This document shows positions 1-8,737 of a stretch of 25,274 nucleotides of DNA, one piece after another; the first letter of the stretch is position 1, and every line of letters begins with the position of its first letter. The stretch is from a virus (taxonomy: Duplodnaviria; Caudoviricetes). The notes beneath the pieces are model-generated. The model made no database searches and was not told the origin of the DNA. It saw nothing but the letters and a program-made list of their open reading frames with translations. The position numbers were made by a program, and so were the translations under genes. The stretch covers positions 1-25,274 of the IMG/VR virus record IMGVR_UViG_3300038675_000085. One strand, written 5' to 3'.

Positions 1-55
1 TCCATCCCAGTTTTTTATAGACCGAAATGATATTTTGCTTTCGTCTAAGTCATTA
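1..55. repeat. 55-bp exact direct repeat, copy 1 (cut off by the window edge)
   Basis: tccatcccagttttttatagaccgaaatgatattttgctttcgtctaagtcatta is identical to 529-583. Confidence 0.95.
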
Positions 56-138
56 AGCTGTTTTACGGTTACCGCTTCGTCATCTTCTATTCCGTCATAT
101 ATTCCTATGCTACCTTTAAATGTTTGAACTTTTGACAT
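1..138 (-). CDS. Partial gene (runs off the window edge), putative fibre/adhesin tip protein: MSKVQTFKGSIGIYDGIEDDEAVTVKQLNDLDESKISFRSIKNWDG...
   Basis: Not in the ORF track; translated by hand. ATG at 138 directly follows the stop of the 916-aa gene and has a GGAGGT RBS upstream. The frame is open to position 1. EAVTVKQL resembles the DAVN-x-x-QL neck motif of trimeric fibres. Confidence 0.8.
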   Translation of the reverse strand, partial: MSKVQTFKGSIGIYDGIEDDEAVTVKQLNDLDESKISFRSIKNWDG

Positions 139-2889
139 TTAATCTACCTCCAATTCGTATTCCGCCTTTAATATATCGTAAATTTCAATTGATGTTATAT
201 CAACAAGGGTCATGCTTATAACGCTTGAAACGCTGCTTAATATACAACGAGTTGGTAAGGCAGAATATGTGAACTGCTGATTTTCGTTGTCGTAAGTTAA
301 CCGAATAGTATAGTTAGCCAAATACAAATTTCCACTTTTAGTATCATAATTTTGACTAAAAGTTATCAGCGACGATTTGGTATCATATACGCAAAAATAA
401 GCAATCCTTAATGCTGGATTATGTCCTGCATACATACTATCATCGCGCCATTTTACAAGTACCATGTCGCCGTTTGCTAACTGTTCTGATAAAGGAATTA
501 TGCCGGGCGCAGATGACATATTATGGTATCCATCCCAGTTTTTTATAGACCGAAATGATATTTTGCTTTCGTCTAAGTCATTAGGCGCTTCCGCCTCAAC
601 AATCTGACTTGCGTATGTACTCCAGTTACTAGCCGCTTTGTACGCCGCTCCAGACCCGTAAGGCACTGTAATTGTACCGTTAAGCAGGTCAGTGCTTGAA
701 AGTGTTGCATTTGATATTGTGGGCGGTGTAGCGCGTTCACAAACAAGGGTATCAAGGGCATAGCACCTATAAAAAGCGTAATCGCCAATAGTCGCAATTC
801 CTGACGGTAAGGTTACGTTGTTTAAGACGTCGCAATCCCTAAAGCAAGAAGCAGGAAGCGCGGTAAGCGTTGACGGCAGAGTAATTGAGGGCAAAGATGT
901 GCAATCTCTAAAGCATTCAGCAGGTAATGAAGTAATGCCGGTAGGCAAGTTAATTGAGGTCAAGCCCGTACAACCCTTAAACGCCTTTCCACCTGCAAAA
1001 CTGCTTATCGAGCTTGGAAGCGATACACTTGTAATGCCGGGGACGTTATAGAATCCGTTATAAGCTATCTGAAATACTGGCAATTCGCCGTGTGTGCCGT
1101 CATTGTATGTTGCCGCCACTTTTACCGCGCCAGTTGTAACCGTTCCAGCCGCTACACTGTAACCGCTTGCACTTACGTATGTATAGGCTAGTCCGTCAGT
1201 CGGCGCAAGCTCCCATTGAGCATAAATATTGATTTTTCCGTTAGTGTCAAAGCCGTTAACGGTCAGCTCGGACGTTATTTCTGTACCACCGCTTGCAGCA
1301 GTAAACCAACCTAAGAACGTATAGCCTGTTTTGGTAGGGGTTGGGAGCGTGCCGTAAGTCTGCCCGAATACAACGTTTTTCTCGGTTTCAGAATTGCCGC
1401 CGTCTGCGCCAGCGTAATTGTATGTAAGCGTTGCGTTCGCGCCTACTGTTTGTAATGCCGCGTATACGCCTCCGCTTAATACTAACTCCTCACTATCTTC
1501 TGTCGGTACACTGTCAGGCGTTTGATAACCGCCATTATCTGCAAGATACTTTGTGCCGTCTCCACTAGGTATAATAAGCCTATTACCTAAAGCACCGTCA
1601 ATCGCCGCTAAATGAGATTCAACATTTTGAGCTACAGGATGATAATATGCAGGATTTTCTTCTTCAACGGTTACGTTTCCCGCGCTCATAATAACATCTA
1701 TACTGTCATTTTCGGATGTTTTTGTCCAAGAATAACTTTCTCCATCCGCGCGACAAAGATATTCCGCCCATCCGCTTTCTACTGTTTCATCTGCTGTTGC
1801 GTCTATTACGTGCACTCGTAGCCCTTCAAATTTATTTACTATAGCGTCTCTAGCAGCTATATCATCAACGACAAGTATTTCTTTTGCTTGTTCTGCAGCT
1901 TCTAGAGCGATTTTAGCGGCTGCATTTGCGGATTCTGCGGCTTCATTTGCGGAAGTCGCGGCGGTGTTGGCACTTGTTGCGGCATTGTTCGCGGAAGTAG
2001 TTGCGGTACTAGCGGAAGTAATGGCCGCGCTGATGGCCGCGAGATCTTCATCCATACGCTTCGAGATGAGAATACGGCCGTCATAGCCTTCCGATACACC
2101 CGAGAGTAATATAGAGCCATCAGAGCCTTTGAAAAGCACGTCAGCGGATACATCATACCCAGTACCGTTCGCGCGCTCGAGTTGCGCAAGGAAAATATTT
2201 CCAGTCTGTCCGGTCTGTTCTGCTGTAAAAGCCAATTCGCCGTCCGTAAAGCTCGTATCCTCAAATGTAAGCACTGTTATGCCCTGAGGGGTTTGTGACG
2301 CGCTCACGCCCGTAGGAAGCTGTACCGTGGCCGTAGTGCCGTTGCTGTATAGTTTTGTCGCTATGCCCGTTTCAGCGTTTACAGTGAAGTCTACAAGGCT
2401 TACGCGCACATAGGCGGCATTTGCCTTATCCTGAACGTCTCCGATAACCTGAAGCAGTTCATCAACATCCTCTTCCGATATGTCAAGCGGAGTAAATCCC
2501 GAAGACGGCATAATAGGCACTGTGATCTGCTGCGTAGTCTTAGTTGAGTAAGTGGCGTAATCGGAAGAAGTGTATCTACGCGCTATAAAGCTTACTGTAA
2601 CTACATCTCCGGACTCCTCTACTTCAACATCGCTTTCCCAGCCGTTTGAGGTAATATACCAGCCGTCACCGTCACGGATCATAAGTCTTTGGGTAGATCT
2701 TCCGTCCGGCCGTGTTAATGCTATAAATACCACATCCGAGGCAACCCAGGCATTATCGCCTGCATCTGCCGCCATTGTGAGATAGTATTCAACGGTTCCG
2801 ACTTGACCCTGATAGATTACATCATCTTCGCGGGTAAATCGGCTTAGATTGCCGTTTGCTTGCATTTCAAAATAGAATTTGCTCTGCAT
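139..2889 (-). CDS. Tail fibre/receptor-binding-like adhesin: N-terminal anchor, Ala-rich coiled coil, InlB B-repeat (Listeria-Bacteroides repeat), BspA/TpLRR leucine-rich repeats, C-terminal module
   Basis: AAGGAG RBS. SANNAAT/SANTAAT/SANEAAE heptads. YGTLPTPTKTGYTFLGW...IYAQW motif (about 1210-1435). 23-aa repeats of the LxSIxLPxxITxIxxxxFxxCxx type (about 745-1040). Lies after the tail genes. Confidence 0.8.
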   Translation of the reverse strand: MQSKFYFEMQANGNLSRFTREDDVIYQGQVGTVEYYLTMAADAGDNAWVASDVVFIALTRPDGRSTQRLMIRDGDGWYITSNGWESDVEVEESGDVVTVSFIARRYTSSDYATYSTKTTQQITVPIMPSSGFTPLDISEEDVDELLQVIGDVQDKANAAYVRVSLVDFTVNAETGIATKLYSNGTTATVQLPTGVSASQTPQGITVLTFEDTSFTDGELAFTAEQTGQTGNIFLAQLERANGTGYDVSADVLFKGSDGSILLSGVSEGYDGRILISKRMDEDLAAISAAITSASTATTSANNAATSANTAATSANEAAESANAAAKIALEAAEQAKEILVVDDIAARDAIVNKFEGLRVHVIDATADETVESGWAEYLCRADGESYSWTKTSENDSIDVIMSAGNVTVEEENPAYYHPVAQNVESHLAAIDGALGNRLIIPSGDGTKYLADNGGYQTPDSVPTEDSEELVLSGGVYAALQTVGANATLTYNYAGADGGNSETEKNVVFGQTYGTLPTPTKTGYTFLGWFTAASGGTEITSELTVNGFDTNGKINIYAQWELAPTDGLAYTYVSASGYSVAAGTVTTGAVKVAATYNDGTHGELPVFQIAYNGFYNVPGITSVSLPSSISSFAGGKAFKGCTGLTSINLPTGITSLPAECFRDCTSLPSITLPSTLTALPASCFRDCDVLNNVTLPSGIATIGDYAFYRCYALDTLVCERATPPTISNATLSSTDLLNGTITVPYGSGAAYKAASNWSTYASQIVEAEAPNDLDESKISFRSIKNWDGYHNMSSAPGIIPLSEQLANGDMVLVKWRDDSMYAGHNPALRIAYFCVYDTKSSLITFSQNYDTKSGNLYLANYTIRLTYDNENQQFTYSALPTRCILSSVSSVISMTLVDITSIEIYDILKAEYELEVD
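529..583. repeat. 55-bp exact direct repeat, copy 2, encoding NDLDESKISFRSIKNWDG inside the 916-aa gene
   Basis: Identical to 1-55; the copies diverge immediately to the right (agctg vs ggcgc). Confidence 0.95.
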
Positions 2890-2921
2890 TGCTTTTCTCC
2901 TTTTCTAGTTTTTTGTAATTG

Positions 2922-2947
2922 AAAAGGCACCCGTTATTTGGGTGCCT
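2922..2947 (-). terminator. Intrinsic terminator-like hairpin upstream of the tail adhesin gene
   Basis: Minus strand AGGCACCC-aaataac-GGGTGCCT-TTT: an 8-bp perfect stem with a short U tract. Confidence 0.6.
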
Positions 2948-2948
2948 G

Positions 2949-2977
2949 TTGACATTTATTAATAATTGTCATATAAT
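2949..2977 (+). promoter_or_regulatory. Consensus sigma70/sigmaA promoter for the moron gene
   Basis: TTGACA (2949-2954), 17-nt spacer, TATAAT (2972-2977). The ATG at 2985 follows after a 7-nt gap. Confidence 0.9.
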
Positions 2978-2984
2978 AGTCTGT

Positions 2985-3566
2985 ATGAAATCTAAAATCA
3001 GAAATTTATTACTTCAATATAAGTACTTCCTCGAACATCATTTTAATGTGTATCTTCTTATTTACCTTGGTCTGGCCGTGGTGATGATGTTTGTGCCGTT
3101 TTTTAATGTTTCAGTAATAAATTATTCACTACACCAAACAAGATCATTACTGGAAGACACATTATACTATAATAATTTATTTCCAATTTTTTCATTTCAT
3201 TATTTAGAAAAACAATATATATTAAACCTTATTACATTAATTTCCCCTTTTATTGTTACTATTTTAAGTTATTTTTTAAAAGCAAAACCTCTGAAATTAC
3301 TTATATTAACATTGACATTTGTTCCATATTTAATTTTAAATATATATATAATTTGGATATGGTCATATTCCGATACTGTAATTCATTTTTTGGGGTTTGC
3401 TTTTTACTTTTCTATCTTTCTTACTTTATGGAGTATATTTAGCCTAATCGTATATAAGCGGATGGATAGCTTGCCTCTTAAGCCGCCGCGTCCTCATAAG
3501 CCTACTAAAGGCGAGAGAATCGCTGCGCTAGAGGAAGAAATTAAACAGTTAAAAGCTAACGGTTAA
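2985..3566 (+). CDS. AT-rich multi-pass membrane protein (moron), 193 aa, probably leaderless
   Basis: The only convincing plus-strand gene. About four hydrophobic segments and a charged C-terminal tail. Start moved from 2919 to the ATG just after the promoter. Its stop shares TTAA with the convergent 887-aa gene. Confidence 0.8.
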   Translation: MKSKIRNLLLQYKYFLEHHFNVYLLIYLGLAVVMMFVPFFNVSVINYSLHQTRSLLEDTLYYNNLFPIFSFHYLEKQYILNLITLISPFIVTILSYFLKAKPLKLLILTLTFVPYLILNIYIIWIWSYSDTVIHFLGFAFYFSIFLTLWSIFSLIVYKRMDSLPLKPPRPHKPTKGERIAALEEEIKQLKANG

Positions 3567-6226
3567 TTGCTATAATATACTTGCACGTTACTATTTGCCG
3601 CATTCATTTTTACCGATAAAGATATCTTGTTAATTATCAATAGCTTTTCACCGGCGGTTGTACGGACTACTATGCTCTTAAAGTCAGCTAGGACAGGGGT
3701 TATGTAGCTATATTGTATCTGGCCGTCGTCCTCATCTCCGTTCCATAGCGTAGAGCCGACAGATCTAGTAGCTACAATGTCGGCACTTACTATAGTATCG
3801 TCAAGCCCTATCTTACGGTTAAGGAATAATATCTCTTTGGCCGCGCCTTCCGCACTAGGTGACATTAAACGCGAGTTTTTCAAGACTACATCGGATATTA
3901 GGATGTCATCAGATACTAGGTCAATAATAATCGTATCGCTAAAGTTTTCTAGAGCGTCTTTATGTATCTGCTGATTAATTACTTTAAATACCGAATTGTC
4001 GATTAATTCAAGAGCAGTATTACCTGATATTTCAGGTAATGCCGCCATTATGTTATAGGCCTCTTTTGTTGCTTGATATTCCTCATATTCTTCGCTATTC
4101 GGCAATGCTTCGCTGAAACTTTGAGATATTGTTAAATCACGATAGGCGACTTTGCCTATATATATGCTCATCTTTTCAACTTCGCCCCAATAATTTGCAT
4201 ACAATATTGGAACTTGATATTGCGGAGGCATAAACGGATAATAATTATTTTCACTTCCAGAAGATAATCTTTCAACTACAGTTTTCTTCTTTCCGGCAGT
4301 CATATTATCTTCAAGCTTAATAATAAATATGGCAGTTGTTTTATATGACATTTGCGATATATCAGTAAGCCTGTAATGCCCGTCACTGTTTAAAGTAAGG
4401 GCAATCTGAGGATAATACTCGCTTCCCACTTCTTCATCGGTAAGATAGCTTAACGCCACCAGCTTATCAGTGAGGAATTTGTATTTACTTCGCCTTGTAG
4501 TCGGCGCGGTAGATATATATATTTCCTGCTTTAACGCAGATTGGCGAAGCGTAAGATTATCAGAAGGTATAATAGCGTTCGGCTTGATCTCTTTTGCCGC
4601 TTCGTAATTATTTGATTTGCGGAAATGATTCTCGTTAAGCTGGAACATTACATCGTACCACCATTGACGATTAACGTACTGCATCGCGGTTATAAGGTAT
4701 TCTTTCTCGCCGTCTATAACACGAGATCCAATTAAGCCCTTCATATTGTGATAGCCCTCAAACGTGCGGCTAATCACAAGGTCAGGCTTATTCATTCCGG
4801 CAAGGTAGTTATCCATAAACGCTCCGAACTTAGGCGCGTCGACCTGACTTCCGGCTTGATTTACAGATTGAATGTATTCCGTATCGCCGACTATAAGCCG
4901 AGCATCCGGAAGAGGCTCGTACTCGATGTAGTACATATAAGTTTCTTCGGCTCCGCCATCATATACATAATCTCTTAAATGAATAAATCTTTCTGATTCT
5001 TTATACCAAGAAAGATTTTCTACGTCATTAGGTTCTTCAATTAACGCTAGATACATTGATTTTTCATAACAACGATTAGTTATATCTGTTTGGTTACGAG
5101 TTAAATAATAGCGAGTTAATAAATTATTATTTTCCTCATATTCTCTTTTTCGACCATTCATTGTAAGTTTGATTAATTTTTTAATCTTTTTTATTGGATA
5201 TGGGAGCTTAATAATCCATTCATCACCTTTTTCCGTTTTTCCAGTTAGATCTCTAATATCATCACTATCTACCTCGGGCACGGCGTAAAGCCTCTGCGCA
5301 GGATATTCCACTGTCTGACCGCTGGCAAGGTTTCTAACGTCAGCCACAAGCCCAGTAGCATAGTTATTGAGGTCGGCGGTCTCTGTAATGGCCGAGGCGT
5401 GATGTATCAAGTCTGCCATTGCTATTTCTTCCTTGTCGTAACCGTCTTGACGCTCGAAGCGCAGTATGTATTCATCCCTATCCGGATTACGCGGTAAATC
5501 GGTCTCAGGGTCGAGGTCGAAGTAAGCAACGGGCGTACGGCCTGTAGACGCGTCAAAGTTATCCATAAGCACTTCATAAAGGTTTAACCCGTTATACGTT
5601 GTGTCCGCAAACGGCTTAGCTTCTAAGAATGCCTTATCAGCATCAGATATTGTAATACGGTTAAACCAGCTGATATTATTCTTAGGGTCATAGCCGGATG
5701 CGTAGCTATCGCAGTTCGCCGGAGTGACCTTTAGCCACCTTTCAAGCGCTGTTAGATGATTATACGGGTCTCTGTCGTAAGTCGCTGTAGTTCCTGTATA
5801 AGGATTGTATACCTCGATGTGTGTTTGATTGGTATATGAGAGCGTCTCACCTACAATGCCGACAAAGCGCTCTATAGGCTCAATTAGTTCCATACTTACA
5901 AGCCAGTAGTTGTAACGCTTATTATAAACCTTCTGTATGGCGCCGATTACATACTCGTTAAAGTTGTCCGGAAGACCGTCAGCAGTGTACGCTATAGCTT
6001 CATCAGCGCTTAATAAGTGTAACACCCTTACCCAGTCCATTACGTTCCATGTCGGGGCCGTAGCGCCTGATATTCTTACCTTAAAGTTACTGCCTTTGTC
6101 GGTAGTCTTGTCAAGCTTAAATGTCTCTCCAAAACCTACATCGAGAAGCTCTCTGGCGCTCCATGTATTGGTAGCGCGGTCATATACTTGTAATCTGTCA
6201 TAACTTTTTACTTTTTGTTCAGTCAT
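3563..6226 (-). CDS. Large tail-tip/baseplate-type structural protein (887 aa)
   Basis: Long ORF with beta-rich, Tyr/Asp/Asn/Thr-rich composition, between the neck/tail genes and the fibre gene. No family recognised. Confidence 0.6.
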   Translation of the reverse strand: MTEQKVKSYDRLQVYDRATNTWSARELLDVGFGETFKLDKTTDKGSNFKVRISGATAPTWNVMDWVRVLHLLSADEAIAYTADGLPDNFNEYVIGAIQKVYNKRYNYWLVSMELIEPIERFVGIVGETLSYTNQTHIEVYNPYTGTTATYDRDPYNHLTALERWLKVTPANCDSYASGYDPKNNISWFNRITISDADKAFLEAKPFADTTYNGLNLYEVLMDNFDASTGRTPVAYFDLDPETDLPRNPDRDEYILRFERQDGYDKEEIAMADLIHHASAITETADLNNYATGLVADVRNLASGQTVEYPAQRLYAVPEVDSDDIRDLTGKTEKGDEWIIKLPYPIKKIKKLIKLTMNGRKREYEENNNLLTRYYLTRNQTDITNRCYEKSMYLALIEEPNDVENLSWYKESERFIHLRDYVYDGGAEETYMYYIEYEPLPDARLIVGDTEYIQSVNQAGSQVDAPKFGAFMDNYLAGMNKPDLVISRTFEGYHNMKGLIGSRVIDGEKEYLITAMQYVNRQWWYDVMFQLNENHFRKSNNYEAAKEIKPNAIIPSDNLTLRQSALKQEIYISTAPTTRRSKYKFLTDKLVALSYLTDEEVGSEYYPQIALTLNSDGHYRLTDISQMSYKTTAIFIIKLEDNMTAGKKKTVVERLSSGSENNYYPFMPPQYQVPILYANYWGEVEKMSIYIGKVAYRDLTISQSFSEALPNSEEYEEYQATKEAYNIMAALPEISGNTALELIDNSVFKVINQQIHKDALENFSDTIIIDLVSDDILISDVVLKNSRLMSPSAEGAAKEILFLNRKIGLDDTIVSADIVATRSVGSTLWNGDEDDGQIQYSYITPVLADFKSIVVRTTAGEKLLIINKISLSVKMNAANSNVQVYYSN

Positions 6227-6232
6227 AATTTG

Positions 6233-6718
6233 TTAATTCCTCGTTGTTTTACGTACTCCGAACAAATTGCCGGAGTAATATGTTGCTTGCGTTACTCTGC
6301 CGGATTTGATTAAGAGATTATCTCGGTTATTTGCCGATTCTGCCTTTGCCTTATTCTCGGCAATCTCTTCTTTTATCTTTTGAATGGCAAAGTTTAACGC
6401 AGCTATTGCAATTCCTACGGCCGCGCCGCCTATAGCCGCTTTTGAGGTACCATTAGCAAAGCTCTTTGCTAGTTGGTAAGTTGGCGTAGCTAGTCCGCCG
6501 GTAACTTGATTAAGGGGGGATAGGGCATACTGTGCCGCCTGATCCGCCGCTCTTTTTCCCGCTCCAGTGGCAAAGCTCTGGCCGCTTGCGCTTCTAGAAA
6601 TGTCAGACACTCCGGCACTGCTTGAAGCCACATTCCCTTGAGGGCTTGTCTGTATGCCAGGGCGGGAGAATACTCCGCCCGAGCTATTATCAATAATTCC
6701 AAATACGTACTCAGGCAT
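6233..6718 (-). CDS. Small Gly/Ala-rich virion protein, candidate miniature tape-measure/ejection protein (161 aa)
   Basis: Ala/Gly-rich helices, hydrophobic stretch AAIGGAAVGIAIAALNFAI, then coiled coil KIKEEIAENKAKAE. Occupies the tape-measure position. Start set at MPEYV from the GGGAG RBS. Confidence 0.5.
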   Translation of the reverse strand: MPEYVFGIIDNSSGGVFSRPGIQTSPQGNVASSSAGVSDISRSASGQSFATGAGKRAADQAAQYALSPLNQVTGGLATPTYQLAKSFANGTSKAAIGGAAVGIAIAALNFAIQKIKEEIAENKAKAESANNRDNLLIKSGRVTQATYYSGNLFGVRKTTRN

Positions 6719-7625
6719 CGTCTTTACTCCCATCATCGGTAAGCGTTACGCTGTACTTGCCGTATCCGGCTTTTCCCGATACTGACCAACTAGCATTAAA
6801 CACAGCAGTAAAAGTATTCATTAATGTAGACCTTTTATATATCTTAACCGTAACTTTTCCAACGTCGGTATTCTTAAATACCTTATTTTCGATAAGAGTC
6901 AAGGCCTTATTTGTTGTATCGAGATGATCGTCAACATCAAAGCTTATTGAATATCCAAATGCCGCCTCTTCTTGATTAAGCTGCATCTCGGCTTGCCTTA
7001 CTACTGTTGCCGATTCTGTATTCGGATTTATGTCAAGATTCGTATAGTTATCAAGGTAATGATTTGCGCCGTCTATGTAAAACGCTATGCGGACATTCTC
7101 GCCTGTTGTCGCATTTGTATGAGATAATCCGACTTGCCCCGTCACTTGATAAATTACGCGGTCATACGCGCCCGATTTGTCAACCGTATTAGACAAGAGC
7201 GAAGGCTCTCCCATTGTAAAGTAAACCTTTATGGTGTCGCTTCCGTCAGTCACGTTATACGTTTCCGCCGTTAAAGCTGTTTTGAGCGCGGCCATATTTG
7301 TAAAGAATGTGAATTTTGGCGCCTCGAGCGGTTGACCCATAGCGTTAAACTTAATGATATCCAAAGGCACCCAAAATTGAACGTTATAAGTGCCTTGGAA
7401 TAACCTGTATGGCGTGTTGTACTGCGCCGCTTCGCTTGCTGTGACTACCGCAATTATCTTATCTTTGTACTCATTAAAAGCTTGATAATTAACGTCGTAA
7501 CGGTCACCGTATGGCGTTTGCACCGGATTAGTAAACTTACGCCCAAAGGCTTCATTACCAAAAACGGCATATTGCTCGCCTAGCAAGCTTTGTATTCTCT
7601 GTTTTATTATTTCAGTTGTCGTCAT
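6711..7625 (-). CDS. Tail structural protein (304 aa), possible tail-terminator plus tail-tube fusion
   Basis: Follows the gp10-like gene. The C-terminal ~135 aa have a tube-like strand pattern (VRIAFYIDG...YSISFDV...VTVKIY...FTAVF...YSVTLT). The fusion is inferred. Confidence 0.5.
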   Translation of the reverse strand: MTTTEIIKQRIQSLLGEQYAVFGNEAFGRKFTNPVQTPYGDRYDVNYQAFNEYKDKIIAVVTASEAAQYNTPYRLFQGTYNVQFWVPLDIIKFNAMGQPLEAPKFTFFTNMAALKTALTAETYNVTDGSDTIKVYFTMGEPSLLSNTVDKSGAYDRVIYQVTGQVGLSHTNATTGENVRIAFYIDGANHYLDNYTNLDINPNTESATVVRQAEMQLNQEEAAFGYSISFDVDDHLDTTNKALTLIENKVFKNTDVGKVTVKIYKRSTLMNTFTAVFNASWSVSGKAGYGKYSVTLTDDGSKDDA

Positions 7626-7954
7626 TATGATATTCTCCTGACTGGAAGATATAGCGGTATTTGATTTGCAATAGCTTCCATTCCGTTATCTATCCAGCGA
7701 TAGTGCGTATTGGCATAACTACCCGTGTATTCAACGCCTGTATATGGATTTTGCACTCTGTAGTTAATTACCGGTACCTCGTTAAGTATCTCGCCGTAAC
7801 TGGCACGCTGAGTAGCGTTAAATATCTGAAAACCAGCTTTATTGCCAATTCCGAACACATCGCCTACGGAACGCGCTAGATTGCCTGTTCTGTACGGCGT
7901 ATACCAAAACATCATAGTATGCACCAGCATAGCCACTTCGTTTACGGTCATCAT
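7625..7954 (-). CDS. Putative neck/tail-completion protein, HK97 gp10-like
   Basis: TPYRTGNLARS resembles the PVxTGxLRxS motif of this family; third small gene after the capsid block. Confidence 0.55.
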   Translation of the reverse strand: MMTVNEVAMLVHTMMFWYTPYRTGNLARSVGDVFGIGNKAGFQIFNATQRASYGEILNEVPVINYRVQNPYTGVEYTGSYANTHYRWIDNGMEAIANQIPLYLPVRRIS

Positions 7955-8313
7955 TTTCCGCCGCCTTCCAACGTGATTATATAGCTTCTAAGACTAGGTA
8001 ATTCCATTGAGGCTAGATTCTTGTCGTGGAACTCTTCGACACCCCTTACGGTCATATTATTGCCGTCAATAAGGCGTATTTTATCGTTATTGGCAAACGG
8101 TAGATGTACATAGTCCGTTTTAATGGCTGATGTTACCGAAGTATACTCTAAGCCGGGCAATCCGGCTATGGCTGCTTGAAACCGTCTCCCTTGCAGTATC
8201 TGATATTTAAAGTGCGTTTCAACAAGTCCGGCGGTACCAGCTTTAATAAGATATCCATCAAAGCCTTGATCCTCCGCTCCCGAGCTTAATGTCGGGTCAA
8301 AAATTTCAGCCAT
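7951..8313 (-). CDS. Putative head-closure (stopper) protein
   Basis: 120 aa, beta-rich (NDKIRLIDGNNMTVRGV), GGAGG RBS, syntenic position. Confidence 0.5.
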   Translation of the reverse strand: MAEIFDPTLSSGAEDQGFDGYLIKAGTAGLVETHFKYQILQGRRFQAAIAGLPGLEYTSVTSAIKTDYVHLPFANNDKIRLIDGNNMTVRGVEEFHDKNLASMELPSLRSYIITLEGGGK

Positions 8314-8323
8314 AATAAGCCTC

Positions 8324-8737
8324 CTAGATCACATCGGGCGAACGCTGATATAAACCAAGCATCTTAATAGGATCAACAAAATCAGCGCATACATTGAAAC
8401 GGTTATCTGCGCCCCTCAGCATTGCTCCGCGTCCTCCCGTGAAATCGTATATAAGCTGTTTTGCCATTGCCAGTTTAAAGTAATACTCGCGCTCATCAGC
8501 CGTTGAAATAGAGCAAGTAATTGTATTAAACTCGTCGTATATAAACTCTCCGGCCGAAAGGTACGCTTCAATATTTGCCGGCGTAAGCTTTAAATAATGG
8601 TGCTCTCTAATGTACGCGCAAGTGCTCACGTAGTAAGCCTTGAATTTTGCCTTTTGAAATGAAGCGTCACCTGGCATTGTATATCCCATTTCGTTCTTAA
8701 GGAAATCAGCCGTTAAGAGTGTGGATGTTTCAAACAT
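8324..8737 (-). CDS. Putative head-tail adaptor protein
   Basis: 137 aa, helical, AGGAGG RBS, first neck-position gene after the capsid. Confidence 0.5.
   Translation of the reverse strand: MFETSTLLTADFLKNEMGYTMPGDASFQKAKFKAYYVSTCAYIREHHYLKLTPANIEAYLSAGEFIYDEFNTITCSISTADEREYYFKLAMAKQLIYDFTGGRGAMLRGADNRFNVCADFVDPIKMLGLYQRSPDVI

Noticed and set aside
1-583. Diversity-generating retroelement TR/VR pair
   Set aside because: The visible copies are identical with no adenine-specific mismatches, and no reverse transcriptase is in the window. It cannot be excluded beyond the left edge.
2919-2984. N-terminal extension of the moron ORF in the ORF track
   Set aside because: It overlaps the hairpin and promoter and has no RBS; ATG 2985 fits better.
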